Assembly: GCA_039818665.1 (NCBI GenBank)
Contig: JBCBTJ010000002.1
Location: forward strand, 16,195 to 80,194
DNA length: 64,000 nt
Direction: 5' to 3'
DNA from: Pseudomonadota bacterium
GTDB taxonomy: Bacteria > Pseudomonadota > Alphaproteobacteria > Caulobacterales > Hyphomonadaceae
Shown: positions 9,692-19,266 of the stretch, piece by piece
How the letters are laid out: each line of letters starts with the position of its first letter
How positions within the stretch are numbered: the first letter of the stretch is position 1
Translations under genes and position numbers: made by a program
Notes under the pieces: model-generated
The model's database searches: none
The model's input: only the letters and a program-made list of their open reading frames with translations
Told to the model about the DNA's origin: nothing

Positions 9692-10857
9692 CTTTTCGGC
9701 AGGCCGAGCACGCGCTCTGAGATGAAGTTCAAGATCATCTCGCGGCTGACCGGCGCGATGCGGGCGAGCATCGCCTCGCGCATCCAGCGCTCTACCTGAT
9801 ATTCCTTGGCATAGCCCATGCCGCCATGGGCGAGCACGGCGGCCTCGCACGCTGTGAAGCCGGCCTCCGCGCCGAGATATTTCGCCGCGTTCGCTTCGGC
9901 CCCGCACTCCTCGCCGGCGTCGAACAGGGCGGCCGCCTTATAAGCGAGCAACTCCGCGGCCGACAGCTCCGCCCAGCTTTTCGCCAGCGGGTGGGCGACG
10001 CCCTGGTTCTGACCGATCGGCCGGCCGAACACGACCCGCTCATTGGCGTATTGCGCCGCACGCTCGATCGCCGCAAAGCCGAGGCCAACCGCTTCCGCAG
10101 CGAACAGAACCCGCTCCGGGTTCAGCCCTTGCAGCAGGTATTTGAACCCGGCCCCCTCCTCGCCGATCAGGTGCTCTTTCGGCACTTCCAGCCCGTCGAT
10201 GAAGAGCGTGTTGCACTCCACCGCCTTGCGGCCCATTTTCGGGATCGGATTGGCCTCGATCCGGTTCCGGTCGAGATCGGTGTAGAAGAGCGACAGGCCG
10301 AGATAGGGCTTGGCGCACTGATCCTTCGGCGTGGTGCGCGCGATGATCAGGATCTTGTCGGCGCGCTGGGCGCCGGTCGTCCAGATCTTGCGGCCATTGA
10401 TCGTGTAGCCGGAATTGGTGCGCTCGGCCTTCGTCTCCAGCGAGGAGGTGTCGAGGCCGGAATTCGGCTCGGTGACGGCGAAGCACATTTTCTCCTCGCC
10501 GGAGATGATCTTCGGCAGGTTCTCCCGCTTCTGTTCGTCCGTCCCGAACTTCTCCAGCGGTTTCGGCCCGAAAATGTTGAGGTGGATCGCCGAGGCGCCG
10601 GAAAAACCCGCGCCGGACCTTGTGACGGTCTGCATCACCAAAGACGCTTCGGTGAGCCCCAGCCCGGCGCCGCCATACTCCTCGGGAAACGCGACCCCCA
10701 GCCAGCCGCCGGCCGCCATCGCATCGGTGAACGCCTCAGGCCAGTCGCCGCTCTCATCGGTCTTGGACCAATACTCGTCGTCGAACTGGGCGCAGGTGCG
10801 CGTCACCGCGTCTTTGATGGCGTGCTGATCTTCAGTCATGGCGCCGATGGCGTGCAT
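9685..10857 (-). CDS. acyl-CoA dehydrogenase
   Basis: 390 aa. MCFAVTEPNSGLD, YTINGRKIWTTGA and a C-terminal ...GGMGYAKEYQVERWMREA are typical of the ACAD family. Confidence 0.9.
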   Translation of the reverse strand: MHAIGAMTEDQHAIKDAVTRTCAQFDDEYWSKTDESGDWPEAFTDAMAAGGWLGVAFPEEYGGAGLGLTEASLVMQTVTRSGAGFSGASAIHLNIFGPKPLEKFGTDEQKRENLPKIISGEEKMCFAVTEPNSGLDTSSLETKAERTNSGYTINGRKIWTTGAQRADKILIIARTTPKDQCAKPYLGLSLFYTDLDRNRIEANPIPKMGRKAVECNTLFIDGLEVPKEHLIGEEGAGFKYLLQGLNPERVLFAAEAVGLGFAAIERAAQYANERVVFGRPIGQNQGVAHPLAKSWAELSAAELLAYKAAALFDAGEECGAEANAAKYLGAEAGFTACEAAVLAHGGMGYAKEYQVERWMREAMLARIAPVSREMILNFISERVLGLPKSY

Positions 10858-10911
10858 GGCTCGTCTCCCTTTGCGGTGAGACTTAGGCCGGCGGTGAAAA
10901 CCCGTCCAGCG

Positions 10912-11991
10912 TCAGGGCGTCGCGGCGGCGAACCGATCCGGCGCGAAGGCGGCGGCGAGCTCGGACGGCGCGCCGCCCAGCGCCATGTCGGCGACGATCT
11001 CAGCCGTGATCGGCGCGAGCAGCACGCCGTTGCGATAGTGGCCGGTCGCGACGAGCCGGGCCGGCGCGGTCCAACCGATCATCGGCGCATGGTCCGGCGT
11101 CGCGGGGCGAACCCCAGCCCAGGCCTCAAGCACGCCGCCCGCAGCGAGCGTCGGACACAAGCGCGCGGCCCGCGCTTGCAAGTCGGCGACGATTTCGGCG
11201 TCGGCGTCGCCGCGGGTCCGCCCGGGCTCGACCGTGGCGCCGATCAGCGTCCGGTCGGATTTCGGCACGATGTAGAGATCGCCGGCCCGGACGACGCGCG
11301 TCGGCCGCCCGGCGTCCGGCGACAGGGACACGACCTGCCCTCCGACAGGCGCGACGCCCTTCGTCCTCCACCCCGTGCACTGAATGCGGACAGCGGCTTC
11401 GGGCGGTTCCGCGTCGGCGAACGCCACGCCGGCCTGGCGCGCGGCGTCAATGAGCGCGGCGACGACGGCGCGATTGTCGACTTGCATATCCGTCGGCAGC
11501 AGCAAGCCGCCTTCGGTCTCCCCCGACAGCGTCGGCTCCAACGCCCTCGCCTCGGACGCCAAGAGCGCCTCGCTTGCGACGCCCTTCGCCGCGAGGGCGG
11601 CTTCAAGCGCGGCGAGTCTCGCGGCCTCGCCCGCACATGTCGCAATCGCGAGCGTCGGCGTTTTGTCGAAGCCGAGCGCAACGCCAGTCGCCGCGGTCAA
11701 CGCATCGGCGAAGTCCGGCCAAAGCGCCGCGCCGGCCAAACAAAACTCAAATAGCTCAGGGTGCGCGCCCTGTTCGCCCGCCGCCTCAAAACCAGGCGCC
11801 AACATGCCGGCGGCCGCCCAGCTTGCGCCGCGTCCCGGCGCGGCGGTGTCGTAGACCGTGATCCGGGCGCCTCGCCGCGCCAGCGCCCAAGCGCAGGACA
11901 AGCCGATGATCCCGGCGCCGATAATGGCGATGTCGGGCGCGCGGCCAGGTCTATCGGCGGAGGCGGCGGTCATCTCGTCGAGGCATAGCAA
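10912..11991 (-). CDS. thiO: FAD-dependent oxidoreductase, glycine oxidase ThiO-like
   Basis: 359 aa. Dinucleotide-binding DIAIIGAGIIGLSCAWALARRG. DAO-family layout ending in ...HYRNGVLLAPITAE, as in ThiO. The start may be the second ATG at 11973. Confidence 0.6.
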   Translation of the reverse strand: MLCLDEMTAASADRPGRAPDIAIIGAGIIGLSCAWALARRGARITVYDTAAPGRGASWAAAGMLAPGFEAAGEQGAHPELFEFCLAGAALWPDFADALTAATGVALGFDKTPTLAIATCAGEAARLAALEAALAAKGVASEALLASEARALEPTLSGETEGGLLLPTDMQVDNRAVVAALIDAARQAGVAFADAEPPEAAVRIQCTGWRTKGVAPVGGQVVSLSPDAGRPTRVVRAGDLYIVPKSDRTLIGATVEPGRTRGDADAEIVADLQARAARLCPTLAAGGVLEAWAGVRPATPDHAPMIGWTAPARLVATGHYRNGVLLAPITAEIVADMALGGAPSELAAAFAPDRFAAATP

Positions 11992-12035
11992 ATCGCGTCC
12001 GCCTGACCAGGCGCCGCAGCCTCATCGCGACGGCG

Positions 12036-12290
12036 TCAATTCGCGCGGCGACGCTCTACCCGCCAAAACTTGAGGAAGGCGGCGGCCCAACGACGATCCT
12101 GAAAAATCAAGGTTTTTTCCAGGCTGTCATGCCGCCATGACGTTTTGACCATGATTTCGGGGGCGTCACGGCACGTGTCGTCGGCAGGGCAGGTTTCCGA
12201 TCGCCAGCGCGTGAACGCGTCGATCGCCTGCGCCAAAACCGACTCTTCCGCCGCGCTTTCAAGGTCGACGCGGACGACGACGTCAGACAT
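12036..12290 (-). CDS. hypothetical small protein (start uncertain)
   Basis: Shortened form of ORF 12036-12521 (MSDVVVRVDLESAAEES...). The longer form would overlap the promoter/operator region and the start of the divergent iron-transporter gene. No family recognised. Confidence 0.3.
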   Translation of the reverse strand: MSDVVVRVDLESAAEESVLAQAIDAFTRWRSETCPADDTCRDAPEIMVKTSWRHDSLEKTLIFQDRRWAAAFLKFWRVERRRAN

Positions 12291-12429
12291 TTCTTGCCCA
12301 CCCCGAACGCTTGTCACTTCAGTGATGCGAGCCTGCGCGACCGCCCTGCCCATGTCAAACCAACCCTTCGCACCTGCGTCAAATTGCTTAAAGACGTCGG
12401 GAAGTCTTGCAGGATCGGGGCCAGCCGCC

Positions 12430-12452
12430 CAATTGCGATTCATTCTCAATTG
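12430..12452. promoter_or_regulatory. Fur-box-like imperfect palindrome upstream of the Fe(3+) ABC transporter
   Basis: CAATTGCGATTCATTCTCAATTG. The core TTGCGATT-C-ATTCTCAA is an imperfect inverted repeat. I count about 11/19 matches to GATAATGATAATCATTATC. It lies 35 nt upstream of the ATG at 12487. Confidence 0.35.
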
Positions 12453-12486
12453 TGATTTGTGGAAGCGAGCTTCTGGAAAAGAGATT

Positions 12487-13518
12487 ATGAGATCAGTTAT
12501 CGCCGCCGCCGGTTTGGCCATCGCCGCATGTTCTCAACCGCCGTCGGACACCGACCCGGCGGACATGGGCGAGATCAACATCTACAGCGCCCGCCACTAT
12601 GACTCCGACCGCATTCTATACGACGCGTTTGAGGCCGAAACGGGGATCACCGTCCGCTTCCGTGAAGCCGGCGCCGCGCAGCTGCTCGAGACGATGAAAG
12701 CCGAAGGCGCGGCGAGCCCGGCCGATGTGGTCATCGCCGCGGACGCCGGCACGCTCTGGCGCTTCCAGGACGCCGGCCTGTTGCAGCCCGTACAGTCCGA
12801 CGCGTTGGACGCGGCCATTCCAGCGCAGCTGCGCGAGGCGGACGGCCACTGGTTCGGTCTCGCCAAGCGCGTTCGCGTGATCGCCTATGATCCGGAGCGC
12901 CTCGCCCCCGAACAAGTCGACGACTATCTCGATCTCGCGGACCCGGGCCTCGCCGGCGAGGTCTGCATGCGGTCGAGTTCGAACGTCTACAACCTCTCCC
13001 TGCTGGGCGACATGATCGAGCGGGTGGGCGCTGAGGCGGCGGAGGCCTGGGCCGGCGCGGTGGCCGAGAATTTCGCCCGCGATCCGGAAGGCGGCGACAC
13101 GGCGCAGATCGAGTCCGTCGCAGCCGGCGCGTGTTCGGCGACCATTGTGAACCACTATTATTGGGTCCGCCTCGCTGCGGACGGCTCGAACGCGCAGAAA
13201 GCCGCCGCCGAAAAGGTCAGCCTGTCCTTTCCCGGTTCAGAGGCCGGCGGCACGCATGTGAATGTCACCGGCGCCGGTGTCGCAGCCAATGCGCCGAATC
13301 GCGACGCCGCGATCCGGTTCTTAGAGTTCCTCGCCACGCCCGATGGCCAAACCATGTTGACGACCGAGACCAAAGAGTTCCCGATCGTCGCCGGCGCGAC
13401 GCCGCCGGCCGGCCTGGACCTGCTGCCAACTTTTGAAGAGGCGACGACGCAGATCGGCGCCTACGGCGAAAACCAGGTCGAGGCGCAGGCCATTTACGAC
13501 CGGGTCGGCTGGAATTAG
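12487..13518 (+). CDS. Fe(3+) ABC transporter substrate-binding protein (FbpA/AfuA-like), lipoprotein-type signal
   Basis: Internal ATG of ORF 12145-13518. MRSVIAAAGLAIAACSQ lipobox, then INIYSARHYDSDRILYDAFEAETGITVRF, typical of ferric-iron binding proteins. Confidence 0.85.
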   Translation: MRSVIAAAGLAIAACSQPPSDTDPADMGEINIYSARHYDSDRILYDAFEAETGITVRFREAGAAQLLETMKAEGAASPADVVIAADAGTLWRFQDAGLLQPVQSDALDAAIPAQLREADGHWFGLAKRVRVIAYDPERLAPEQVDDYLDLADPGLAGEVCMRSSSNVYNLSLLGDMIERVGAEAAEAWAGAVAENFARDPEGGDTAQIESVAAGACSATIVNHYYWVRLAADGSNAQKAAAEKVSLSFPGSEAGGTHVNVTGAGVAANAPNRDAAIRFLEFLATPDGQTMLTTETKEFPIVAGATPPAGLDLLPTFEEATTQIGAYGENQVEAQAIYDRVGWN

Positions 13519-15142
13519 CGCGCTCAACCCTTCGGCCAGCTTCGCGACGGCCCGCCGGCTGTTCCGGCGCGCGGACCTCGTCGCCCTGGCTCTGATCCTT
13601 GCGCTCGGCTTTCCGATCGCGGTGGTTCTGTTCGAAGCCGTCCTCGGCGGCGGCGAGATCTGGCGGCATATCGCATCGACCACGTTGACAGGCTACGCCC
13701 TGAACACCGTCGCGCTGCTCACCATCGCCGCCGTGTTGATGCTGATCACGGCCGTCCCCGCCGCCTGGCTGGTCACCATGCGCGCCTTCCCGGGCCGCGG
13801 CGTATTCGAATGGCTCTTGATCCTGCCGCTCGCCGCGCCGGGTTACGTGCTGGCCGTCGCCTATGCGGACCTGCTCGGCGTCGGCGGACCGGTGCAAAGC
13901 GCCCTGCGCGAGGCCACCGGCTGGGCCGCGCGCGACTATTGGTTCCCGCCAATCAAGAGCGTGCCCGGCTGCGCTTTCGTCCTTGCTTCGGCCCTTTACC
14001 CTTATGTCTACCTCACCGCGCGGGCGGCCTTTGTGAGCCAATCGGTCTGTACGCTTGAGGCCGCGCGCAGCCTCGGCGCCTCGCCGCGGCGGACGTTCTG
14101 GCGCGTCGCCCTGCCCGCCGCCCGCCCCGCCATCGCCGCCGGCCTCGCCTTGGCCTTGATGGAGGCGGCGGCCGATTTCGGCGCGGCGGATTTCCTCGGC
14201 GCGCCGACGCTCACCGTCGGCGTCTTCCGCGCCTGGTCCAGCTATGGCGATGTCGGCGCAGCCGCGCGGATCGCGATCCTGGTCGTGGCGCTGATGCTCA
14301 CTCTGCAATGGATAGAGCGGCGCCAGCGCGGCCAAGCCGGCTCGGCCGCCACTTCGGTCCGCTGGCGCCCGCTCGCGCGGGAACGGATGACCGGTTTGGC
14401 GGCCCTTGGCGCGTCGGCGTTCTGCGCCGGCGTCTTTCTTATCGGCTTCGCTTTGCCCGTCGGCCGGCTGATCTGGGTCGCGCTTGAGACCGCGCCGACC
14501 TCGCCGCCGCTTGGCGAGCATGTCCGCAACTCGCTGGTGCTGGCCGCCGCGGGCGCGAGCGTCGCCTTTGTGTTGGCGCTCTCAGCCGCGCTGCTCGGGC
14601 GCGGCGACCGCCCCTCCGGACGGCTGGCGAACACGATCGTCGCCGCCGGTTATGCGACGCCCGGCGCGGTGCTCGCCCTCGGCGCCCTCGCCTTAGCGGT
14701 CTTGCTGCCGGGCGGACTCGCGGGCGGCGCGGCCATCGCGCTTCTGGTTTGGACCTATGCGGTGCGCTTCACCGCGGCCGGCGCCGCGCCCATCGAGGCG
14801 GCGCTGCGCCGGGCGCCGGCGAGTCTCGGCCATGCCGCGCAAAGCCTCGGCGCAGGGCCGATCCGTCGGACCTTGCAGGTCGACCTGCCGCTCGCCCTGC
14901 CCGGCGCGGCCGCCGCGGCGCTGATCCTGTTCGTGGAGACGCTGAAAGAGCTGCCGGCGACCTTCATGCTCGCGCCTTATGGCTGGGACACGCTCGCCGT
15001 GCGCGCCTACACGCTCGCCTCCGATGAGCGTCTCGCCGCCGCCGCCGCGCCCTCCTTGTTGATCACGCTCGCCGGCCTCGGACCGGTGATCCTGCTCTCC
15101 TGGGGCCTGGCGCGCGCGCGGCCCGGAGCGCCGGGCGCATGA
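13433..15142 (+). CDS. iron ABC transporter permease (FbpB-like, duplicated permease domains)
   Basis: 569 aa with about 12 hydrophobic segments, placed between the SBP and ATPase genes. The start is uncertain: the track start overlaps the SBP gene by 86 nt, and I saw no ATG/GTG/TTG between 13519 and the first TM segment. Confidence 0.75.
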   Translation: MKRRRRRSAPTAKTRSRRRPFTTGSAGISALNPSASFATARRLFRRADLVALALILALGFPIAVVLFEAVLGGGEIWRHIASTTLTGYALNTVALLTIAAVLMLITAVPAAWLVTMRAFPGRGVFEWLLILPLAAPGYVLAVAYADLLGVGGPVQSALREATGWAARDYWFPPIKSVPGCAFVLASALYPYVYLTARAAFVSQSVCTLEAARSLGASPRRTFWRVALPAARPAIAAGLALALMEAAADFGAADFLGAPTLTVGVFRAWSSYGDVGAAARIAILVVALMLTLQWIERRQRGQAGSAATSVRWRPLARERMTGLAALGASAFCAGVFLIGFALPVGRLIWVALETAPTSPPLGEHVRNSLVLAAAGASVAFVLALSAALLGRGDRPSGRLANTIVAAGYATPGAVLALGALALAVLLPGGLAGGAAIALLVWTYAVRFTAAGAAPIEAALRRAPASLGHAAQSLGAGPIRRTLQVDLPLALPGAAAAALILFVETLKELPATFMLAPYGWDTLAVRAYTLASDERLAAAAAPSLLITLAGLGPVILLSWGLARARPGAPGA

Positions 15143-16158
15143 GCTACGCCGCGATCACGCTCGAGCGCATCACGCGCCGATACAAAGGCCGCGCCGTCGT
15201 CGAGGATGTCGACCTAACCCTGCCGCCAGGCTCGGTCACAGCGCTCGTCGGCGCGTCGGGCGCGGGGAAATCGACGCTGCTCCGCCTCATCGCTGGCCTG
15301 GAAGCGCCCGACGCCGGCGAGATCCGCGCGGGCGACGAAGTGCTGTCGTCTCCCACGCGCCTCGTTCCGCCCGAAAAGCGCGGCGTCGGCCTCATCTTCC
15401 AGGACTTCGCGCTGTTCCCGAACATGACAGCGCTCGAAAACGTACGCTTCGGGCTCGCCGATCTGCCGCGCGAGGCCGCGGACGCCCAAGCGCGCGCCTG
15501 GATCGACCGGCTCGGCCTTGCCGAGCGCGCGGGCGCCTATCCGCATCAACTCTCCGGCGGCGAGCAGCAGCGCGTCTCCATCGCCCGCGCCCTGGCCCCG
15601 AAGCCGCGCGCCGTGTTGATGGACGAGCCGTTCTCGGGGCTCGACCCGTCTTTGCGCGAGGAGGCCCGCGCCGCCGCGCTGGGCGCGGTGGCGGCCTCGG
15701 GCGCGCCGGCGCTGCTGGTCACCCATGACGCAGAGGAAGCCCTGTCGGCCGCCGACCAAGTGGCCATCATGCATGGCGGGCGCATCCTCCAGACCGGCGC
15801 GCCCGAAGCGGTCTATTGCGCCCCCGCGGACCCCGTCTCGGCCGCCGCGCTCGGCCCCGTCAACCGCCTGCCCGGCGGCGATCCAACGACCGCGGCCCTG
15901 GCCGCCGCGGCTGGCGCGCCGGCCGGCGCTGATCTGTTCGTGCGTCCCGAAGGCGTCCTCATCGCGTCGGACGGGCCCGTTGAAGCCATGGTCGAGACCT
16001 CGGCCCGCACCGGACCCTTGAGAACCTTGCGCCTCCGAGCCGGCGAGATCGCCTTGCGGGCGGTCGGGCCGCCTGATAGCGCGCCCAAGGCGGGCGACGC
16101 CTGCCGTATCGCGCTGGACCCGCACGCGGTCATCCTATTCGGCCCGACCTCGCGCTAG
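15139..16158 (+). CDS. ABC transporter ATP-binding protein (FbpC-like)
   Basis: Walker A GASGAGKST, signature LSGGEQQRV, Walker B VLMDEPFSGLD. 4-nt overlap with the permease gene. Confidence 0.9.
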   Translation: MSYAAITLERITRRYKGRAVVEDVDLTLPPGSVTALVGASGAGKSTLLRLIAGLEAPDAGEIRAGDEVLSSPTRLVPPEKRGVGLIFQDFALFPNMTALENVRFGLADLPREAADAQARAWIDRLGLAERAGAYPHQLSGGEQQRVSIARALAPKPRAVLMDEPFSGLDPSLREEARAAALGAVAASGAPALLVTHDAEEALSAADQVAIMHGGRILQTGAPEAVYCAPADPVSAAALGPVNRLPGGDPTTAALAAAAGAPAGADLFVRPEGVLIASDGPVEAMVETSARTGPLRTLRLRAGEIALRAVGPPDSAPKAGDACRIALDPHAVILFGPTSR

Positions 16159-16214
16159 GCTGACAAATTCGTCATTCTGCAGGCCGCGTCTCGCTTTGGC
16201 GTTCAACGCGCCGT

Positions 16215-16230
16215 AAATTCGCGCGAATTT
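16215..16230. promoter_or_regulatory. perfect 16-bp palindrome AAATTCGCGCGAATTT upstream of the M48 protease gene
   Basis: Read directly from the sequence. It ends 20 nt upstream of the ATG at 16250. Function unknown. Confidence 0.2.
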
Positions 16231-16249
16231 GATGTTGGAGCGTTATCGT

Positions 16250-17608
16250 ATGACGCATCGTTTCGTTCGGATCGCCTTGGTCGCCGTCGCGGCGGCGTGG
16301 CTCAGCTTCGCCGCAGCGGCGCAGAGCCTCATTCGCGACACCGAGATCGAGGACATCCTGCGCGAGTATACCGACCCGATTCTCGAAGCGGCCGGCCTCG
16401 TGCCGGAAGACGTCGGCCTCTTTATCATCAACGATCCGAGCCTCAACGCCTTCGTCGCCAACGGCCAGCGCATCCACCTGCACACCGGCCTGATCGTCGC
16501 CTCCGAGACGCCCGGCCAGCTCAAGGGCGTGATCGCTCACGAGACCTGCCACATCGCCTGCGGCCACTCGATCAGCCGGGCCCGCGCCGCCTCCGTGGCC
16601 TCGCGGCCGGCGCTGATCTCGATCGGCCTCGGCATTCTCGCCATCGCCGCCGGCGCGCCCGACGCCGGCGCGGCGCTGATCGCCAGCTCTCAGCAATTCG
16701 CCGCGCTCAATTTCTTCGTCCACACGCGCGCGGAGGAAGCCACGGCCGACCAAAAAGCCGTCGACTACCTCGCCGCACTCGGCGAATCGCCGGCCGGGCT
16801 TGTCGAGTTTTTCGACAATTTCCGCTACCAGGAAGTGCTCTCCGAAGCCCGCCGCTTCCCCTATTTCCGCACCCACCCGCTCGCCTCGGACCGGATCCAG
16901 ACGCTGCGCAATCGCGCGGAAGAAACCGGCCTGATGGATACGCCGCCGAGCGAGCGCTCGGTCCGTCAGCTCGAGATGATGCAGGCGAAGATCATCGGCT
17001 TTCTGTACACGACGAACTACGTCTATCAGAAGTATCCGCAGGACGACAAAAGCGATCCGGCCCATTATGCGCGCTCAATCGCCGCGTTGCAGGCCGCCGA
17101 CGTGCCGACCGCCCTGCGCGAGTTGGAGCCGCTGCTCGAGAAAGAGCCGGAGAACCCGTATTATCATGAGCTGAAGGGCGATATTTTCTTCCGGAACGGC
17201 AAAGCCGAACTCGCGGTGGAACACCACGCCCGCGCCGTCGAACTCGCCCCCGGCCGGCCGCTTTTGCTCGTGAACTACGCCCAATCGCTTCTTGGCCGAG
17301 ACGCGGAAGGCGATGTCGCGCTCGCCGAACAAGCGCTGCGAGACGCGCTCATTCGCGAGCCCAACAACGCCTATGGCTGGTCGCAACTCGCCATCGCGCT
17401 GGACAAGCAGGGCCGGCGCGCCGAAGCCCAACTCGCCACAGCCGAGCGCGCCTTCCATATCGGCGACTATCCACGCGCGCAGCACTTCTCCAATCTCGCC
17501 ATTCGCGGATTGGAGCCGAACACGCCGCTCTGGCGCCAAGCCTCCGACATCGCCTCTGCGACCGACCCTCGATTGGCGGAAAACGCGCGCCTATATCGCC
17601 GTCGCTGA
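16250..17608 (+). CDS. M48 family metalloprotease with C-terminal TPR repeats (BepA-like)
   Basis: ATG at 16250 with GGAG 9 nt upstream. Signal peptide, HETCH zinc motif and TPR-like C-terminal half. Confidence 0.8.
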   Translation: MTHRFVRIALVAVAAAWLSFAAAAQSLIRDTEIEDILREYTDPILEAAGLVPEDVGLFIINDPSLNAFVANGQRIHLHTGLIVASETPGQLKGVIAHETCHIACGHSISRARAASVASRPALISIGLGILAIAAGAPDAGAALIASSQQFAALNFFVHTRAEEATADQKAVDYLAALGESPAGLVEFFDNFRYQEVLSEARRFPYFRTHPLASDRIQTLRNRAEETGLMDTPPSERSVRQLEMMQAKIIGFLYTTNYVYQKYPQDDKSDPAHYARSIAALQAADVPTALRELEPLLEKEPENPYYHELKGDIFFRNGKAELAVEHHARAVELAPGRPLLLVNYAQSLLGRDAEGDVALAEQALRDALIREPNNAYGWSQLAIALDKQGRRAEAQLATAERAFHIGDYPRAQHFSNLAIRGLEPNTPLWRQASDIASATDPRLAENARLYRRR

Positions 17609-17699
17609 CTTAAAGACCGGGCGATCCCGCCACAGGCCGCCATAGCCAAATCCGCCAAAGCGCGGCAAAGACGCTCCAGCCGCGACCCAGGAGTTCGAC

Positions 17700-18443
17700 A
17701 TGAGATTTTTGACAGCCTCCGCCTCCCTGCTCGCTTTGTCGGTGACCGCCTGCGCGCAAGAGGCCTCCAACGGCGTGTCCGCCGCCGACAAGGCGGCGAT
17801 CGAGGAGATCGTCCACGCTTACATCCTCGAGAACCCGGAGATCGTTGAAGCGGCCCTCATCCAACTGGGCGAACAACGCGAGGCCGAAGAGGAAGAGCGC
17901 GCGCGCCAAGCGATCCTCGCCCAGGCCGACGCCATCTATAATGATCCGCGCGACTTCAGCATCGGCCCCGCCGACGCGCCGGTCACCGTGGTTGAATTCT
18001 TCGATTATCGCTGCGGCTTCTGCAAAGCTTCCGTGGAATGGGTCACCGCACTGCCCGCCAAACATGACGGCCAAGTGCGCGTGATCTTCAAGGAATTCCC
18101 GATCCTCTCGACCGAGAGCCGCGAGGCCGCGCTCGCCGCGCTCGCCGCCGGGGAACAGGGCAAATATGTCGAGATGCACCGCGCCTTGATGCAATCGCCG
18201 TCGAAACTGTCCGACGACGACATTGAAGAGATCGCCGAGTCCGTCGGGGTCGATATCGCCAAGCTGCGCGCCGACGCGAAGTCGACCGACGTTCAGCGCC
18301 ACGTGGCCGATGTCCGCGCGCTCGCCGAAGCCACGGGCACACGCGCGACGCCGACCTTTATCATCAACGGCGAAGTGGTGTCCGGCTTTGATCGCAGCCG
18401 CCTCGAAGCGGTGATCGACTCCAAGCTGTCCGAGGTCGGTTAG
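17700..18443 (+). CDS. DsbA family thiol:disulfide oxidoreductase
   Basis: 247 aa. Signal peptide and the thioredoxin-fold motif [10 protein letters not shown] (CxxC). Confidence 0.8.
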   Translation: MRFLTASASLLALSVTACAQEASNGVSAADKAAIEEIVHAYILENPEIVEAALIQLGEQREAEEEERARQAILAQADAIYNDPRDFSIGPADAPVTVVEFFDYRCGFCKASVEWVTALPAKHDGQVRVIFKEFPILSTESREAALAALAAGEQGKYVEMHRALMQSPSKLSDDDIEEIAESVGVDIAKLRADAKSTDVQRHVADVRALAEATGTRATPTFIINGEVVSGFDRSRLEAVIDSKLSEVG

Positions 18444-19213
18444 ATCAAACCGGCCAGCGGCGAAGACGGATCGGCGTATCGCTTCTTGCCCATCCGGCCC
18501 GCCAGATAGGCTTCGCGTCCCGCGATCACCGCGTGCTTCATCGCCCGCGCCATCCGCACGGGGTCCTTCGCCTCGGCGATGGCGGTGTTCATCAGCACGC
18601 CGTCGCAACCAAGCTCCATTGCGACTGCGGCGTCCGACGCCGTGCCCACGCCGGCGTCGACGATCACCGGCACGCGCGCCTGCTCGACGATCAGCCGGAT
18701 GTTCACCGGATTTTGCACGCCGAGGCCGGACCCGATCAGCGAGCCGAGCGGCATGATCGCGCAACAGCCCGCCTCCTCCAGCTTGCGCGCATAGACCGGA
18801 TCGTCCGAGCAATAGACCATCACCTCAAACCCGTCTGCGATAAGCTCCTCTGCCGCTTTCAGCGTCTCAGCCATATCGGGATAAAGCGTCTTCTGATCAG
18901 CGAGCACTTCCAGCTTCACGAGCGACCAGCCGCCCGCCTCGCGCGCCAATCGCAGCGTCCGCACAGCGTCTTCGGCGGTGAAGCAGCCCGCCGTATTCGG
19001 GAGGAAAGTGTATTTGTCCGGCGCGACATGGTCGGTCAGCCGGTCTTCGTCCGGATTCGACAAATTCACCCGGCGCAAGGCGACGGTGACGATATCCACG
19101 CCGGCCGCCTCGGCCGCTTCGGCGTTCTGCGCATAAGAGTCGTATTTGCCCGTGCCGATGATGAGGCGCGAGGCGTAAGTCTCGCCAGCGATTGTCAGGG
19201 GGTCGTAAGTCAT
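18440..19213 (-). CDS. thiG: thiazole synthase
   Basis: 257 aa. [20 protein letters not shown] and ...[13 protein letters not shown]... are typical of ThiG. Confidence 0.9.
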   Translation of the reverse strand: MTYDPLTIAGETYASRLIIGTGKYDSYAQNAEAAEAAGVDIVTVALRRVNLSNPDEDRLTDHVAPDKYTFLPNTAGCFTAEDAVRTLRLAREAGGWSLVKLEVLADQKTLYPDMAETLKAAEELIADGFEVMVYCSDDPVYARKLEEAGCCAIMPLGSLIGSGLGVQNPVNIRLIVEQARVPVIVDAGVGTASDAAVAMELGCDGVLMNTAIAEAKDPVRMARAMKHAVIAGREAYLAGRMGKKRYADPSSPLAGLI

Positions 19214-19266
19214 GGGTGCATTCCATATCTAGTCCTAGAGCGGCCAGCGGCCGGCGCGAGGCGTAT

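Noticed and set aside
9826-11754. 642-aa ORF on the + strand
   Set aside because: It lies antisense to the well-supported acyl-CoA dehydrogenase and ThiO-like genes. The translation is Arg/Gly/Pro/Ala-rich with no motifs, which is the typical shadow ORF of a high-GC genome.
11992-12300. Looked for a second THI-box upstream of the ThiO-like gene
   Set aside because: No CTGAGA / ACCTGATCTGG.TAATGCCAGCG-type blocks on the minus strand, so none is called.
13265-14521. 418-aa ORF on the - strand
   Set aside because: It is antisense to the iron ABC permease and extremely Arg/Gly/Asp/Glu-rich. Shadow ORF.
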